Positions 46,976-58,200 of a stretch of DNA of 64,000 nt are shown here, piece after piece (the first letter of the stretch is position 1; the number at the start of each line of letters is the position of its first letter). The translations under genes were made by a program, and so were the position numbers. The DNA is from Bigelowiella natans CCMP2755 (Eukaryota; Protista; Cercozoa): NCBI GenBank assembly GCA_000320545.1, contig ADNK01002058.1, positions 124,001 through 188,000 on the forward strand, read 5' to 3'. The notes beneath the pieces were generated by a model that was not told the DNA's origin, ran no database searches, and worked only from the letters and a program-made list of their open reading frames with translations.

Positions 46976-49241
46976 TTATTTTTTCATCATACGTTAAATT
47001 ATTGTCTACGTGTTGTCCTTAATCGTAGTTTTTCAGACAATGAATATTCCTTTTGGGGGGGGGGGGGGCTCTCCCTATGTTCTCCTCAATCATATAATAT
47101 CATTTTAAAATCTTAAAGCGTTGTGTGTATGTTGTGTGTGTGCTTGCGTGAATATATACACTCTCCTGGTTTTACCATATTGTCAATCTTCTAATTGATA
47201 TCTCAAACGCATTATAAATTAGTTGGATCGGTACCGTAATATGTTTACAATATTGCACAATGACATCTCTGGTGATGACAACGACGATGAATGCGTCCAC
47301 GTCTCTTTTCCATCATCAACACCGCCAATATCGAGGTTATCATCATTGTTGTCTGTCTTTGTTGGCGCCATCACTATTATTATCATCAACATTACCTCAA
47401 GTCAAACATATGATGCTACGAGGATGAAGATGAGACTAAGATCAGTAAATGATGATGTTGGAATGTTAGATCAAACACATTCTCCAATAGGCAGCAACCA
47501 TCTGACATCAACATCGCGTTTGCACCAACAGAAGAACCCGAGGAGGCGTGAATTTGGGAGGAGGGGATTGTGAAAATGAAATTGAAGGAGGAGGAGAAGA
47601 AGGAAGAGGAAAAGGACGAGTACCGTTGGCCAACAGTACAACTATCGCAGCAGCTGCAAGTTCTCGGTGGCATGATAGGAAAAGGATATTCATTGGGTTG
47701 GATGCAGCAGACAATATCACCTCTGAAGAGGAAGGAGGAGGGTGGGTGAGCACTTGTAGACAAAACACACAAATTATAATACGTATTATTATTCGTACAA
47801 ATTATATACTTTTGTATTGTAAAACTTTAACATAAATAGTTATTTTTGCAACAAAAGGCGGTGTTTGAGTGTCGATTCTGTCAATGGTTATCTGGAGAAC
47901 ACACACACTGTAGTGCCACTACTCTCCTCGCCGTCTTCTCTCCAATCTCTTCGTCGAGGAGTAGTAGTGGGAGGAAGAGGAGGAGGAGGAGGAGGAGAAG
48001 CTAGTGGCAATGAAGAAGTGTCCCCTTCTCCTCTTCCTACGAGAAGAAACAGCACCAGCAGCAGCATTAGTCTTGAAATTAGTGCTCTCCGTGGTGGTGA
48101 AGTTGCTAGTGGTAGTAGGAGGAGTGATACAGTGGTTAATAAAAGAGCACATAGAGAACATGACAGTGCTATTCATGCTGCTCATGTAGTCAAAAGTCGG
48201 GATAAGGGTGGTGGTGATGGTGGTGGTAGAGGTGGGGGTATTAGTGCTAAAATCCCTCCTCCTCCTGCTGCTGCTGCTGCCGCTACTGGAAGTGCTAGTA
48301 ACGATAACAATAATAATAAACAAAAACAAAATAAGAACAATAATAGTGGAACTTGGAACGGAAATAGAAGTGGCCAACATGTTGCCAGTAGCAGTAGTAG
48401 TAGTCCCTGCAGCACTATTAGGCGTGATTCTATTATTGCCTCCTCTGTGATAGTTAAAGCCGAGAAGGGGGATGTAGTAGTAGTGCATAATGATAATGAT
48501 AATAATGAAAATGATAATGAGGAGGAGGAGGGGAAGGTGTGCGGTCAGCAGCGAGTGGCCATGTGCCGTAATGCTGATGGATTGGTACAAGTATTCAACG
48601 TACGCTCATCGCTAGTGGAGGGGAACCCGTGCCAGAAAGAGGGCAGCCAGCATGATGATGGGGCTTGTACTGCTGTTCTTGCTGCTACCATACACTCATA
48701 TAAGGGGGAGGAGGAGATTAAGGAGGAGAAGGGGGAGGATGTAGAGAAGAAGAATGAGAGTAGTGAAGTTGGTCATTCTTTAAGCAGTAAAGGTAGTAGT
48801 AGTAGGAGGAGGAGGAGGAGGCAAATGATGGAAAATAGCTATCAATTCCCGTCAACATCTCGAAGCAATAGAGGAAGACTGATGATGACGACGACAACAA
48901 CACAAGATAAAACTACCAGCAAGTCAGAAGCAGCAGGATCAGCGGTAGATAATGATACCTTGAGCAAGAATACGAGAATGGATACTCCAATTCTATGCTG
49001 GAGAGCTGCAGAAGAGGTAGTGGCAGTAGTTGTAAAGAAAGGAAATCACTTACAAGAAAAGCAAGATAGTATATGAAATCTGAACGTAAGCAAATAAGAC
49101 TTGCAAACCTTGATAGATAATGACAATTTTGAGGGGGAATAATGACACACACCACCCGCAGGTTATTGGACTTTGTTGGGCCTCCGCAGAAGGAAGTTTC
49201 CTAGCCAGCCATTCTACCTTGGGTTTGAAAAATTGCAAAAT

Positions 49242-49273
<32 letters not shown>

Positions 49274-50583
49274 AGTGATGATGATGATGATGGTGTGATT
49301 ATGATGTGCCTTTTCATTCTACTTCAGGTATTTGCACGCGTTCCGGTTTGGTACATTTCATTTCCTTTCAAAATATGATGAAACAACACGATAGGGATGA
49401 TGATGATCGCAACGACGAGGTTGTCCTGAAACAGAACGAGACGGAAGAGGAACAAAGTCACCATAGAGCGGATTCTATAAATGCTGCTACTACCACTTTT
49501 CAAACTGATGATATCACTAGCCATAAAGATCCTGCTGCCAGTTTGAAATATGATAATGATAATAATAATGAAGATCATAGTGTCGTCAATGATGACGACG
49601 ACAAATGCGGAGGAGATTGCAATTTAACTGCCAAAACAGCCAAAGTAGTAAGTTCGGTGACAATCAATCCCGCTGCTAGTGCTAGTAATAATTTGGCGTT
49701 TCCAGTCGCTTTGGACTTTGGTGAAGATATGGCTGCATTTACAATGTACGGAATGAGAAAACAAGAAGGAGAAAGAGGAGGGGGTATGGACAATAGCACT
49801 TCTCCGGGACTATGGGTTGCCGTGGCAACTTGTAGCTGGGATTTACTCGTATGTGGACCCATCCAGGTAATAAGATGAACGAAGTATAATCAAATCATAG
49901 TAGAGTCTATTCGTGATAATTATGATCATAACAATAATAAAACGGGAGATGGATCAAATGGGAGCAGATAATAGTAGATCGTTGCCAATATATAGACTTT
50001 AGTTCATGTTTACCACACAGTAAAGTGCACGTTGATGCACGAGTGTGTGCGATGAAGTGAAGAACGGACGCGTGTGAAGTATACGTGTTACGGTGTCGGT
50101 TATGGGAATGAGTATGTATTTTGTGATAGGTTTGGTCTCATATTTTTAGAATAAATGTCATTGCTAAAAAATTGTGATTCCGAGAAACTTGTCATCGATG
50201 GTAATGTTTTTGATCATTAGGCTCCTATGAGATGGATATCTTCCCATGGTGATACTCATAATTTAGTAGCTGCTGAACTAGCACAAGAAAAAGAAACTGT
50301 CCGTCTTGCACACACAATCATGAATGATGTAGTTAAAAGAAACAAAAGTAGAGAGGTAGATGACAGCCCAAAATCGTACTCATTGCTAAATTCTGGAAGA
50401 CACGAGTCGATGCTACAAGAGAGAAAAGATGGTAGTGATCCTGGTGGGAAAATCTCTTCCAACGCCAAAGTCATCGATGAGGTTCTTGAATTTGCCATTT
50501 CTTCGGAGGTCGCCATTGCCCAAATTTCCGCTCATCGGGATGCTTTGCTACGAATCAAACATTCAATACACTCACGGCCATGA
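44247..50583 (+). CDS. Multi-exon beta-propeller protein with long low-complexity inserts; tentatively ITFG2 (KICSTOR subunit)-like
   Basis: Repeated blade-like motifs VVLGTAEGCLRVYS, LMLLTSDGRLHVFEF, AIIGTSTGYIHTI, VAMCRNADGLVQVF, ICTRSGLVHFIS and VALDFGEDMAAF...SPGLWVAVAT. Their order resembles ITFG2 as I recall it; this was not confirmed by any search. Confidence 0.5.
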
Positions 50584-50749
50584 TGAGTGATATAGTGAAA
50601 TGAGAGTAAATGTTGTGAGGTGATGTCAATGTACACTGAAGAGCTGTCATGGAGGACATGGTTAACGAATGACCAACTATGGTCGCCAATGTGCACAAAG
50701 GATGATGTCTGGACATTGCATGAAGTCGTGGACACAATCTAGACAATGT

Positions 50750-51280
50750 GCGGCTACATTAGGAGGACTGTTCCAAAAATGTAATCTTTCCGTCACATCC
50801 GTATCATAATGCTTAGAATGTGCATATCATGTCACGTTGTGTTTGTAGTTGAATCCTGCACTTGCACATCTCCACGTACTGCTGAACACGCTGACATTCG
50901 CGAGATGAAATATCCAGAGTATATCTTTTTTTCATCCATGCAACATGTGACAAAGGAAACAAATAATTACAATTTAAGCGCTGTGGCCGCTGCATTGCAT
51001 AGCTACATTAAGATGACATTTGAAAAAAAATAAACATTCCATTACATCCGTCTTATGTCTAGAAAAGAGCTCGCACTGCTGTGCGCAAAGCACGGCACAG
51101 CCGACAAGTATACAAGATTGCAATGCTTTCACATGCGATGCATGCAACATGTGACACAAGAAACAAACAGATACTACTTACTATGAGCGTTGTAGCCGCT
51201 GCTCTGCACAGCTATGCATTAGGATGACTACCGAAACAATTTGAACATTTCATTGCATGCATCCGTCTCATATGTCATGT
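50750..51280. repeat. About three diverged tandem units (~200-250 bp spacing) of the dispersed intergenic repeat family
   Basis: catgcaacatgtgac..gaaacaaa...agcg(c/t)tgtrgccgctgc..tgcayagcta..cattargatgac...catccgtc occurs at ~50937 and ~51141, with a partial copy at ~50752. Confidence 0.75.
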
Positions 51281-51802
51281 CGATATATAATATATATATT
51301 GTATTGCTGTGTCTATTATTCCCCTCGTCATTCAGCGAGTGGAACATCAACTACCGATTACAGCCTTGTTGCGTGCAGGAATTTCTAGCAGAATGCATGG
51401 CGCTTCCCCACGTGCCATTCTCACCACTCTCATTCAAAGTTTCACAGAATACTGCAAAATCATCAGTCGACAACAAAATCACAAAGCAGATGCATCTAGG
51501 CATGTGCATTCGCATGCGTGCAAATTGCAGCTTGGCACCATACATTTTGATGCGATGCAGTCATGCAAAACTTTTGTTAATTTTTTTTTGTTCGATTCAC
51601 CCGGGGCGCGGATGCAGCTGGTCTAATGGTGATGCAATCACCCTACTCGACAGAGCCGGTTAGTACCATGTGAGAGACAATTAGAAATTTGATCTCTGAA
51701 TTCGAATTTTGAAACAGTAACTGCATGACTAGCACAGCTAAATATACTACGATGCATGTCCATCATCACAATGCACAATGCATGTTCCAACTTCAGACGC
51801 AA

Positions 51803-53245
51803 TCAATCCCGAGGTTCCCTCGATCTACCTCTCCTTTCTGCTGGCTTTTCTTTTCCTTCGTCCCTCACCGGCACATTCTTTGGAAGTGGCGCTGGGGGCA
51901 GCTCGAAGATTGCCGCAACTGGCAAATGGTCAGAGCCATGCTCCGAGTTGGGTATTCCTTCTTTCAGCATTTTCTCGCGACTTTTGCTATCATATGGCAT
52001 CCTCAACGCCTTCAGTGTCAATCCATCCGAACCTGCAGAGTGAAAGATGAAATCTAGTGCAAAATCTTCCATTCCAGGCCGCTCCAAATCAGTGTCGGCT
52101 ACCCATGTGAACGGGCGGTCTAGCTTGCTTGTTTCCGTGACTGAAGCATGTGCATCGTGGAGCTTCCCAACATGCTCAGATTTGAACTCAAACTTGCGTG
52201 GCTGGGGCCCAAAACCTTTTTCCCACATGTCTTTGGTCATTCCACCATTTGTCAATAATGCATAGAATGGCTCGTTAAATGAAGCGTTCATGTCGCCGCA
52301 TACCAAGCACAGCGCCCGAGGCCCCTTCTCCTTGCCATCACCCTCATCTAATTTCCGAAGCTCTTTCTTAGCCTCTTTTTTCAACAACTCCTTTTTACCG
52401 CCCCCCTCATTCCTTTGTTCCTTATTTGCCCCATGCATTTTCTCAAAAGCTGTGAACTCTCGTGCTCGCATCAAACTCGACGGTTCTCGACCAAGCATCG
52501 GTGGACGATCTGGTGAACTTGCCCTGTCTCCTCGACCAAGCCGCGGTGGACGATGTGAGGAGTTCACATGATGTCGTCCCGCTGGACTTGGAGACCTTGA
52601 AATTTCCTTGCTCTTACTCCGAGATTTGGATCTCTTGTCTGACTTTTTTTTCCTGGGGTTCAACTTTTTCCAGCGCTGATCCATGCATTTCAGAGTTTTG
52701 AGTGCCTGAGAAAACCGTTGCCCCATCTTATCGTCACCGCCAGCCTGGAGATGTGCGCTTGCTACCATGATGCGTTGACCCGTTGTCTTCAACACTAACT
52801 CAGCGATGACTGTTCTAGATCTTGGGTCTTGGTGAACCAAGTTAAACCTGTCTGTCTTGTAAAAGATCAGCGGCTTGGTGAAGTCACAATCCTTCTTTCC
52901 TTTCCATTTTGCGTGGACGTATGCGTATCCCAGTTTCACCAAACGCTTAGCATAATCATCCTCAAGACTACGAAGCTCAACTTCCTGTAGGCAGAGGATG
53001 TCAGCCTCAAGAGAATCGATCAAATCGAGTACTATGCCATGTCTGTGCTCCCAACTGCGATACTTCTTGTTAACCCAATTAGCCCACTCGAATGTGAAGT
53101 TGCGGCGCAATGTGTTAAATGTTACAACGCTGATGTAACCATGCTTCGATGCAGCAAGCTGAGGAGGCCATGATGACGGATCACACAGCTGGACGTTGGA
53201 TGGTTGGGTTTGTTTCGCGGCCTCCATCGTCGAACTCGGCTCCAT
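51803..53245 (-). CDS. Endonuclease/exonuclease/phosphatase family protein (CCR4/nocturnin-like), intronless, with an RS/K-rich insert
   Basis: SVVTFNTL, ADILCLQEVE, ASAHLQAG, LVCGDMNA, FTW, LDFIF, GSDHLPV. Confidence 0.9.
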   Translation of the reverse strand: MEPSSTMEAAKQTQPSNVQLCDPSSWPPQLAASKHGYISVVTFNTLRRNFTFEWANWVNKKYRSWEHRHGIVLDLIDSLEADILCLQEVELRSLEDDYAKRLVKLGYAYVHAKWKGKKDCDFTKPLIFYKTDRFNLVHQDPRSRTVIAELVLKTTGQRIMVASAHLQAGGDDKMGQRFSQALKTLKCMDQRWKKLNPRKKKSDKRSKSRSKSKEISRSPSPAGRHHVNSSHRPPRLGRGDRASSPDRPPMLGREPSSLMRAREFTAFEKMHGANKEQRNEGGGKKELLKKEAKKELRKLDEGDGKEKGPRALCLVCGDMNASFNEPFYALLTNGGMTKDMWEKGFGPQPRKFEFKSEHVGKLHDAHASVTETSKLDRPFTWVADTDLERPGMEDFALDFIFHSAGSDGLTLKALRMPYDSKSREKMLKEGIPNSEHGSDHLPVAAIFELPPAPLPKNVPVRDEGKEKPAERRGRSREPRD

Positions 53246-53306
53246 TGTTTTGAAGGTTGAGCAGCAGCTATCCGTAAGTTGAAATATCCAACATCCATCT
53301 TGATGT

Positions 53307-53360
53307 TGTTGTAACTGTTGTAAGTGTTGTAACTGTTGTAAGTGTTGTAAGTGTTGTAAG
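53307..53360. repeat. Six copies of the 9-mer TGTTGTAA(C/G) in the divergent promoter region
   Basis: Seen directly in the sequence. Confidence 0.9.
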
Positions 53361-53550
53361 TGCTGTTGTTGGTTGTAATAAATGATGATTGACTATGATG
53401 ACAGGAGATCATCAGAGATCATGAGAGATTACGAGGAGAGGTTGAGGTTCTCTCTCTCTCTCTCACCCATTCACTCTCATTACAACGCTCCTGACACAGG
53501 ACCCGTGCTCCTCACCACACATCGTATTTATTTGTACTATTGGCTCAAAG

Positions 53551-54456
53551 ATGTTAGCTGGATGGGTTAGGGGGACAAGGGCAGGGATAGTAAAAAGCAT
53601 AAAAAACACAACCATCCGAAGTCAATATGTTCGGCCTCATCGCTTCCACTTCTCCATGCTAACAATCCCGGAGAAACCTCCTATGTCCACGCTGGATGAT
53701 TGGAAAACTCACTTCCAAGGATTCACGGAGAAATACTTTATTGTCAATGGGTAATTGAATCACCATGTAGTTGGAGTGAATATGTGTTTAGTTATATGAT
53801 TCAATATGGATTACATCGTCTGCAATCTTAGGTACATGATGGCAGGGTCAATAGCCGCTTTTCCAAATATGATTACATATTGGGATGTAAAATCTGTTGA
53901 TGATATAACGCCAGATAAATTGAAATTTATCGAAAAAATATCAGACCTCGGTTGTACCAAATACCTGTGAAACATATGCATGTGTATTCTTTTTGCACAG
54001 ACATAGATGTATAAACATGCATGTATGCATCTCGTTACGCATGTATCCCTTTGCTTGTGATGGTATCATTGCAACAGCCGTAAAAATAAGTTCTTATTCA
54101 TGCATAGTAAAAACCTCACCAGTTACGCATGCTCGTTTTTAATTGGTAGAGGTTCTAATCATCGGCACTGGGAAAAGGACCAAAATGCTACCTATGGAAA
54201 CTATTCAATGGCTACGGAAGAAACGGATAGGATTTGAAATGGTTCCCTCGGTAACAACGACATTAACGACACATGTAAATGGCATACTTTCGGTTTGAAA
54301 ATTTCTACACATACAAATACTTTAAAAACGGCACAACTACTCATAAGTTTCTGTTCCAATGTTCAGGGGACTGCTTGTGCAACTTTCAATTTCATGTGTG
54401 AAGAAAATCGAGAAATTGCTGCTTTGATTCTTCCTTTGTCGTACAACGATATGTGA
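53551..54456 (+). CDS. NDUFAF3: Complex I assembly factor NDUFAF3 (Mth938 domain), 4 exons
   Basis: Presequence-like N-terminus; GFTEKYFIVNG|YMMAGSIAAFP..WDV|EVLIIGTG..LRKKRIGFEMVPS|GTACATFNFMCEENREIAALILP. Stop TGA at 54454-54456. Confidence 0.9.
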
Positions 54457-55173
54457 TGTGATGACCATCAAGAAGTTTCAACGGCTAAGACATGGCGAAA
54501 ATATTGAATCGCACAACATCGATCTATGTCTCTAGAAATGGAGATGGGCCACCTTGCAAGCATTGCTATTGATATGTGCCTGTGGCTATGCTATAGCTAT
54601 GAACGTTGTAGTACACACATGCACAACACATCGTGAGCCAACACAAACCAACAGGGGAACGGCTCTGTGCCATGTGCACAGAAGCAGAAGATGATGGAGT
54701 TCTCGGCATAGCAGCTCTTAAAATAAAAATAAATGCGTTGCTACGATACGGCTGCGTTCTAGGTGCGCTGCAGCCGCTGGCTTTGCACAGCTATGTGCAC
54801 CAGAATCATGTGATGACCTTTGAAAAAGTGTGATCATTTCGTCAATGCCTAGATTGCATCCGTTCCACATGCTAGCATATAAGCATGTGCACAATGATGC
54901 GGATGTCGGCTGCGCAGCAATGCTAGAATGCGCATGCATGTAGCTGCACAGTGCACGCCGCCCGTATACGTAGCTGGTCATGCGTTGTTGGCATATGACA
55001 GACACGATACGCGTAGTTTTGATACTGTTTTGTCGATATTACATTCGCATCATCGCAGTACAGCTATATCTTGGTGTTACTAAAACTATTGAGAATGATT
55101 AACAGAGTAGCATTTATTCATATTTTTAATATTTCTCTGAGTGTGAGTACCACACACTTCTTATGAAGTAAAT

Positions 55174-55215
<42 letters not shown>

Positions 55216-55261
55216 GAGAGAGGAAGCTCTAGAGAGGTATATAAAGAGGTAGATAAAGATC

Positions 55262-58200
55262 TTAAATGAACTTTCGCACGTTCTTCTCATCAATATCCAG
55301 CACTTTGGGAGGAGCGGGTCCCGAAGACCATGCCTTATCCGATTTGATGTACTTTCTTACCTCCCGTCGCCATATTTCACGGGCCGCATCGCACGCAAAA
55401 TGAATGACATACTGAAAAAAATAGTAGTGGTATTGAGAGTGAGAAACTTAAAGTCAAGAATGTTATAAGATTTTACTGTTAGTTAGAAGAGGAGGCAACA
55501 TTATGATGATGGAATAGTTTATTGTACCTGATCAATGTAGCCATTCTTTTTGTATTTTAGAGTAACGCGCGGCTGTGCCGAATCTGAGAATTCAAACGCA
55601 TATATATTCTTTAGCTCGTAGACTGAGGGGTCCGTGTAGAAATCCTTCGGTTTGCCGTCCTCAGAATTCGTGGTCGGTTTCCAAGAATCGTTTCGGCTAC
55701 ATGCAATAATGTACTGTTCCGGTTGCCCACAATGGACCCAAATTAGCACTCTTCTGGGCGGGTTTGTCTGATTTGCGAGACCAAATCTTGCATCTGTATG
55801 ACAAATGATGGTTCCGCGTGTCATCCTGCTATTCACCCGTTGCAATGAGTTGAATAAATAATATTGGGCTTTCTTGAAGAATGTGTCGCCTTTTTCATCA
55901 TCAGTCTTTTTCAATTTCGCGTCTTCGGCAGAGTGGACAAAATCTGTGCGCGGTCGATCCGTTAAAGGCTCATCCAAGTCATCACGACAGTATCGAGCGA
56001 ACACATTCACCAGTCCGTCGACTACACCAAGCTCCATATGATTAAAGATTTCCACCACATTCGTGACTGTTACTGTTGCGAACATTTGATCTCCATCTGC
56101 ATGATAGATTCCTCGAATAGCCTTGTAACTGCGCTCTTCAAGCCTTGTGAAGTAGTCCCAGTCGCCCCTGAGATTATCTACCTTGGAATCTGTTAAGAAA
56201 CGGAGACGGTCAGGGATTGCACTGCTAGAGAGGAAATATCGTTCTCCAGTAAGGACTAGTAAGCGGTATCTTCCGTCTACAAGAATCACTGCTAGCTCCT
56301 CAATAACTTCAGCTTCTTCTCCGCTGCCTTTGAAAACTCCCTGAGCAATCATCCTTCCCTGTAACTCAATGCGGAGTTTCGACCAACCTGCAGCTTTCAT
56401 TACGTCAAGGATAAAGGACTGCCGCAATCCAACGACAGCCTTCACACTACCTGTGGTGTAGTCACGGAAGAATCTATATTTGAATTTCTCATCAAAATTT
56501 AATAGTTCAGCCAGAATCGTTACGCAATTAATCCTCATTTGATCCAAATACTTCCTTCTGTACGTAGCTTTCTCGCGATAATTGTACTGTTTTAAGTATC
56601 CTTCAATTGGGGCGTATCCAGTGACACTCACCTCTGTGTCGTACTGCAAAAAGGAGACGATAACATCGAATAGCTTGCTATTATTTGTGAACATATTCTT
56701 AATTGCAGCTCGGCGGCAGTGATTGTTGCCTCGAAGAATGGGAGCTTTTTTCCCCTCAAAGAAGTTTAAGGATGCGATTTCCCTAACCAGTTCCACAATC
56801 GTAGCTGTAGACTCACATAACATCTTCTCGTCAAACCACCCGAGTCGACGGGATGCTTCAGGGTCAAAATTTTTCAAATCAAAGTCCCGGGAAGCTATGA
56901 GCCTTTTCATCTTATCCATCACATCAAGTACCATTTGGCTAAGGATTTCGTAAAATTCGATAGCTTTAAGACATAATTTGTGGCCACGCGCATTAATGTC
57001 TGTAAGTTCCTGTGTAAGCACTAGGAACTTCATCGCGGCCCCATAGTTATAAGGAGAACGTTTAAACACACTGCGATCTATGCCGTAATCAAATGACTTC
57101 ATGGTCTGGATAATTGGATAGATGATCTTCGAAACTCTCAACTTTTCTTGTGTCTTCTCTCGAATTCGAGTGCTGCTTTTTGTGATTAAAACATAAAACG
57201 CGCGGATTAGTGCTGCAGTGATTGCATGAAGGTGCTCCTCCTTATCTGCTTGTTTCTCGGCAATTATGGAAGCACGTTTCTCGCTTTTCTGGGTCTCCAA
57301 GTGTTTTTCCGTGGCTTGCTTTTGGGTTGCTTTCTTATAATACGTAAGATTATCAACCATAGCGACTTGATCCTTTGGAATTCGACCTGCCTCCATATCT
57401 CCACTTCCGGTGGGTTTAAATAGCTTCCTCGGCCCTCGATGGAACATATAATCCTCAGAAGCATGCGGATTTGGACGGAATACGGATTGGTGTTTCACTG
57501 CATAAGGTTCTTGGAAAGGGTTCATAGTTTGAATTGAAAGCGTATTCTCCTCCTTAGAATATACTAAGAACTGATTCCATGCAGGGGTTCCTGTGTCATT
57601 TCTATCGGTCAAAATCATCTTCAAGGCGTCTGCGTAGTCCACATCATTCGCCATGTCTCCACCCATTAACGGATTGATGAATGTACGTTGGAGAACTTGG
57701 TTGAAACTCAGGTGTGACTCAGGAAGGGTCGGCCCGTCTAACGTCGGCTTATCATTGTTGAGCAGAAGCATTAGTTCCGTACCGAACTGCTGGGATTTTA
57801 GAAGATCCCGTGTCGGAGAGAAAGGTATATCGTTTGCTTGCGTCTTTGAAGCAAATTGAGTTAAGGTTTCGATTCCCTTTAAGTCTAGGAAGTCGCTATG
57901 TGCTGTATTCTCCTGCCAAATATTAACGTTTAGATTCCACATTCGAAGACAACTGCGGATGATGTCCTTCTGGTAGGGAAGATAGAATTCTCCTTCGCTA
58001 TGTGATATTGGGTCTCTCTTGGAATCTTTTTGGTCTCCCCGCTCTTTAACAATTTCACTAAGCTTTGCTCTGCTGAATCGAGGGTGCATTTTATCTCCCT
58101 TCTGAATCAAATCCGACGAGAACATTCCAACTTCCTCCTCGTGTAAAAGAGCAATACACGTTGTGTACTTTCTTAAATACATTTGATGCGAAAATTCCGA

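Noticed and set aside
44247-50583. Nup88 assignment from the LLTSD and LDFG motifs
   Set aside because: The motifs are too far apart and no long C-terminal coiled coil is evident; the ITFG2-like order fits better but is also unverified.
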